Below are positions 63,100-64,000 of a stretch of DNA of 64,000 nucleotides, in pieces. The notes below the pieces were generated by a model, which was not told the DNA's origin, searched no databases, and worked only from the letters and a program-made list of their open reading frames with translations. The position numbers and the translations under genes were made by a program. Source of the stretch: Laetmonice hystrix (lineage: Eukaryota); contig OZ249447.1 of the NCBI GenBank assembly GCA_965235115.1, positions 9,610,001 to 9,674,000 on the forward strand, given 5' to 3'. How positions within the stretch are numbered: position 1 is the first letter of the stretch; the number at the start of each line of letters is the position of its first letter.

Positions 63100-63310
63100 G
63101 ACTTTGGTAAACGGAGATTTCACCGCTCAGCTGGAATATACACCGGTTCATCGCTACAATAAATCCGTTATCCAGCGGTATACCACTTTTTATTTCCAAA
63201 ATAAATGAAAATGAATGATAGTGGGAGAAGTCTCAAGTATGACCTTGGCTGACCCTATAACACCTAACCCAGGAAACGTTAATCGGTAGTGACCATTGCT
63301 TGAACTTGAA
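63100..63310 (+). mobile_element. LINE AP-endonuclease remnant
   Basis: NGDFTAQL (GDF at 63113; cf. GDFNAH), NDSGRSL (63214; cf. N.NG..L) and SDH (63288), in order with frameshifts. Confidence 0.5.
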
Positions 63311-64000
63311 CGTTAGTCTTCAGACCGATGCTCCAAGATGAACTGATCAATGAGATACTTTCATGATTCACTGGGCCATAGACGGGTTCGACCTTTTCCA
63401 TTTGGGCCAAGTGGGTGTCATCTCTGGTTGTATACGTACAAGCAGGTGAGACAGACATACTGGGGCCAGGGTGTTTTGGTTCGTTCATGGCCTGCCATAG
63501 GCAGCAATGTATATGGATTAACACAACATGCAAGGGGTACAGACTGATATAGTATTAATTGGCCGTATGCAAGAACATTTTATGAAGTTAATCCCAAGAA
63601 TGGCTTAACTTACTATCTAGCCTAGATTTACGGTTGGGGACGTTTGGTAGTCATGTTTAACTGGATTCTATTGTGCTTGGCCAGCGAAATAAGGGTCAGT
63701 CTCCAAAAAAAAGAAACGGCTAGAAAACTCTGACTTTCTGCGAACTGAGAATAGGCGTAAATCCACAGATTGGGTTAATCTCGAGACTAATTACGTCCTT
63801 ACATCCGGCTAAATGTGTTTACTGCACTCAGCGTGTCATCAGACAAGACCTTTATTTACACGACAGGCGGAAAGCTAACGCGGTATGAGTTCAGATACAT
63901 TTGACTTTTTCTGAAAGTCACGCATACAGTACACACTGACATCATCTCTGTTAGTTCACGATAGATATAACCGAAACCTTGTGTACTTTATGTGGACATA

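Overview
Repeat-rich, gene-poor eukaryotic genomic DNA with three N gaps. It looks animal and probably invertebrate, which is an inference from the repeat types, composition and splice-like signals. I find no intact long protein-coding gene, rRNA/tRNA gene, CRISPR array or prokaryotic-type system. The window holds: (i) many heavily decayed retroelement fragments (CRE-like, CR1/L2, RTE, Gypsy, DIRS-like), recognised by eye from short residual motifs; (ii) five MITE-like inverted-repeat elements; (iii) ten unrelated tandem arrays plus a long compound tetranucleotide tract, about 6.7 kb (~10%) in total, which generate nearly all long ORFs in the ORF track; (iv) a CpG-rich island at 17.3-18.0 kb with candidate plus-strand exons that could encode a signal peptide. 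The most unusual signals are in the arrays. One carries 22 CCAAT boxes, one 11 AATAAA hexamers, and one more than 20 perfect 5' splice sites (U1 5'-end mimic on the plus strand) with frame-preserving unit variation. All expanded arrays contain a GG(N)CC core. No computation or database search was run, so family calls and all functional ideas are hypotheses.
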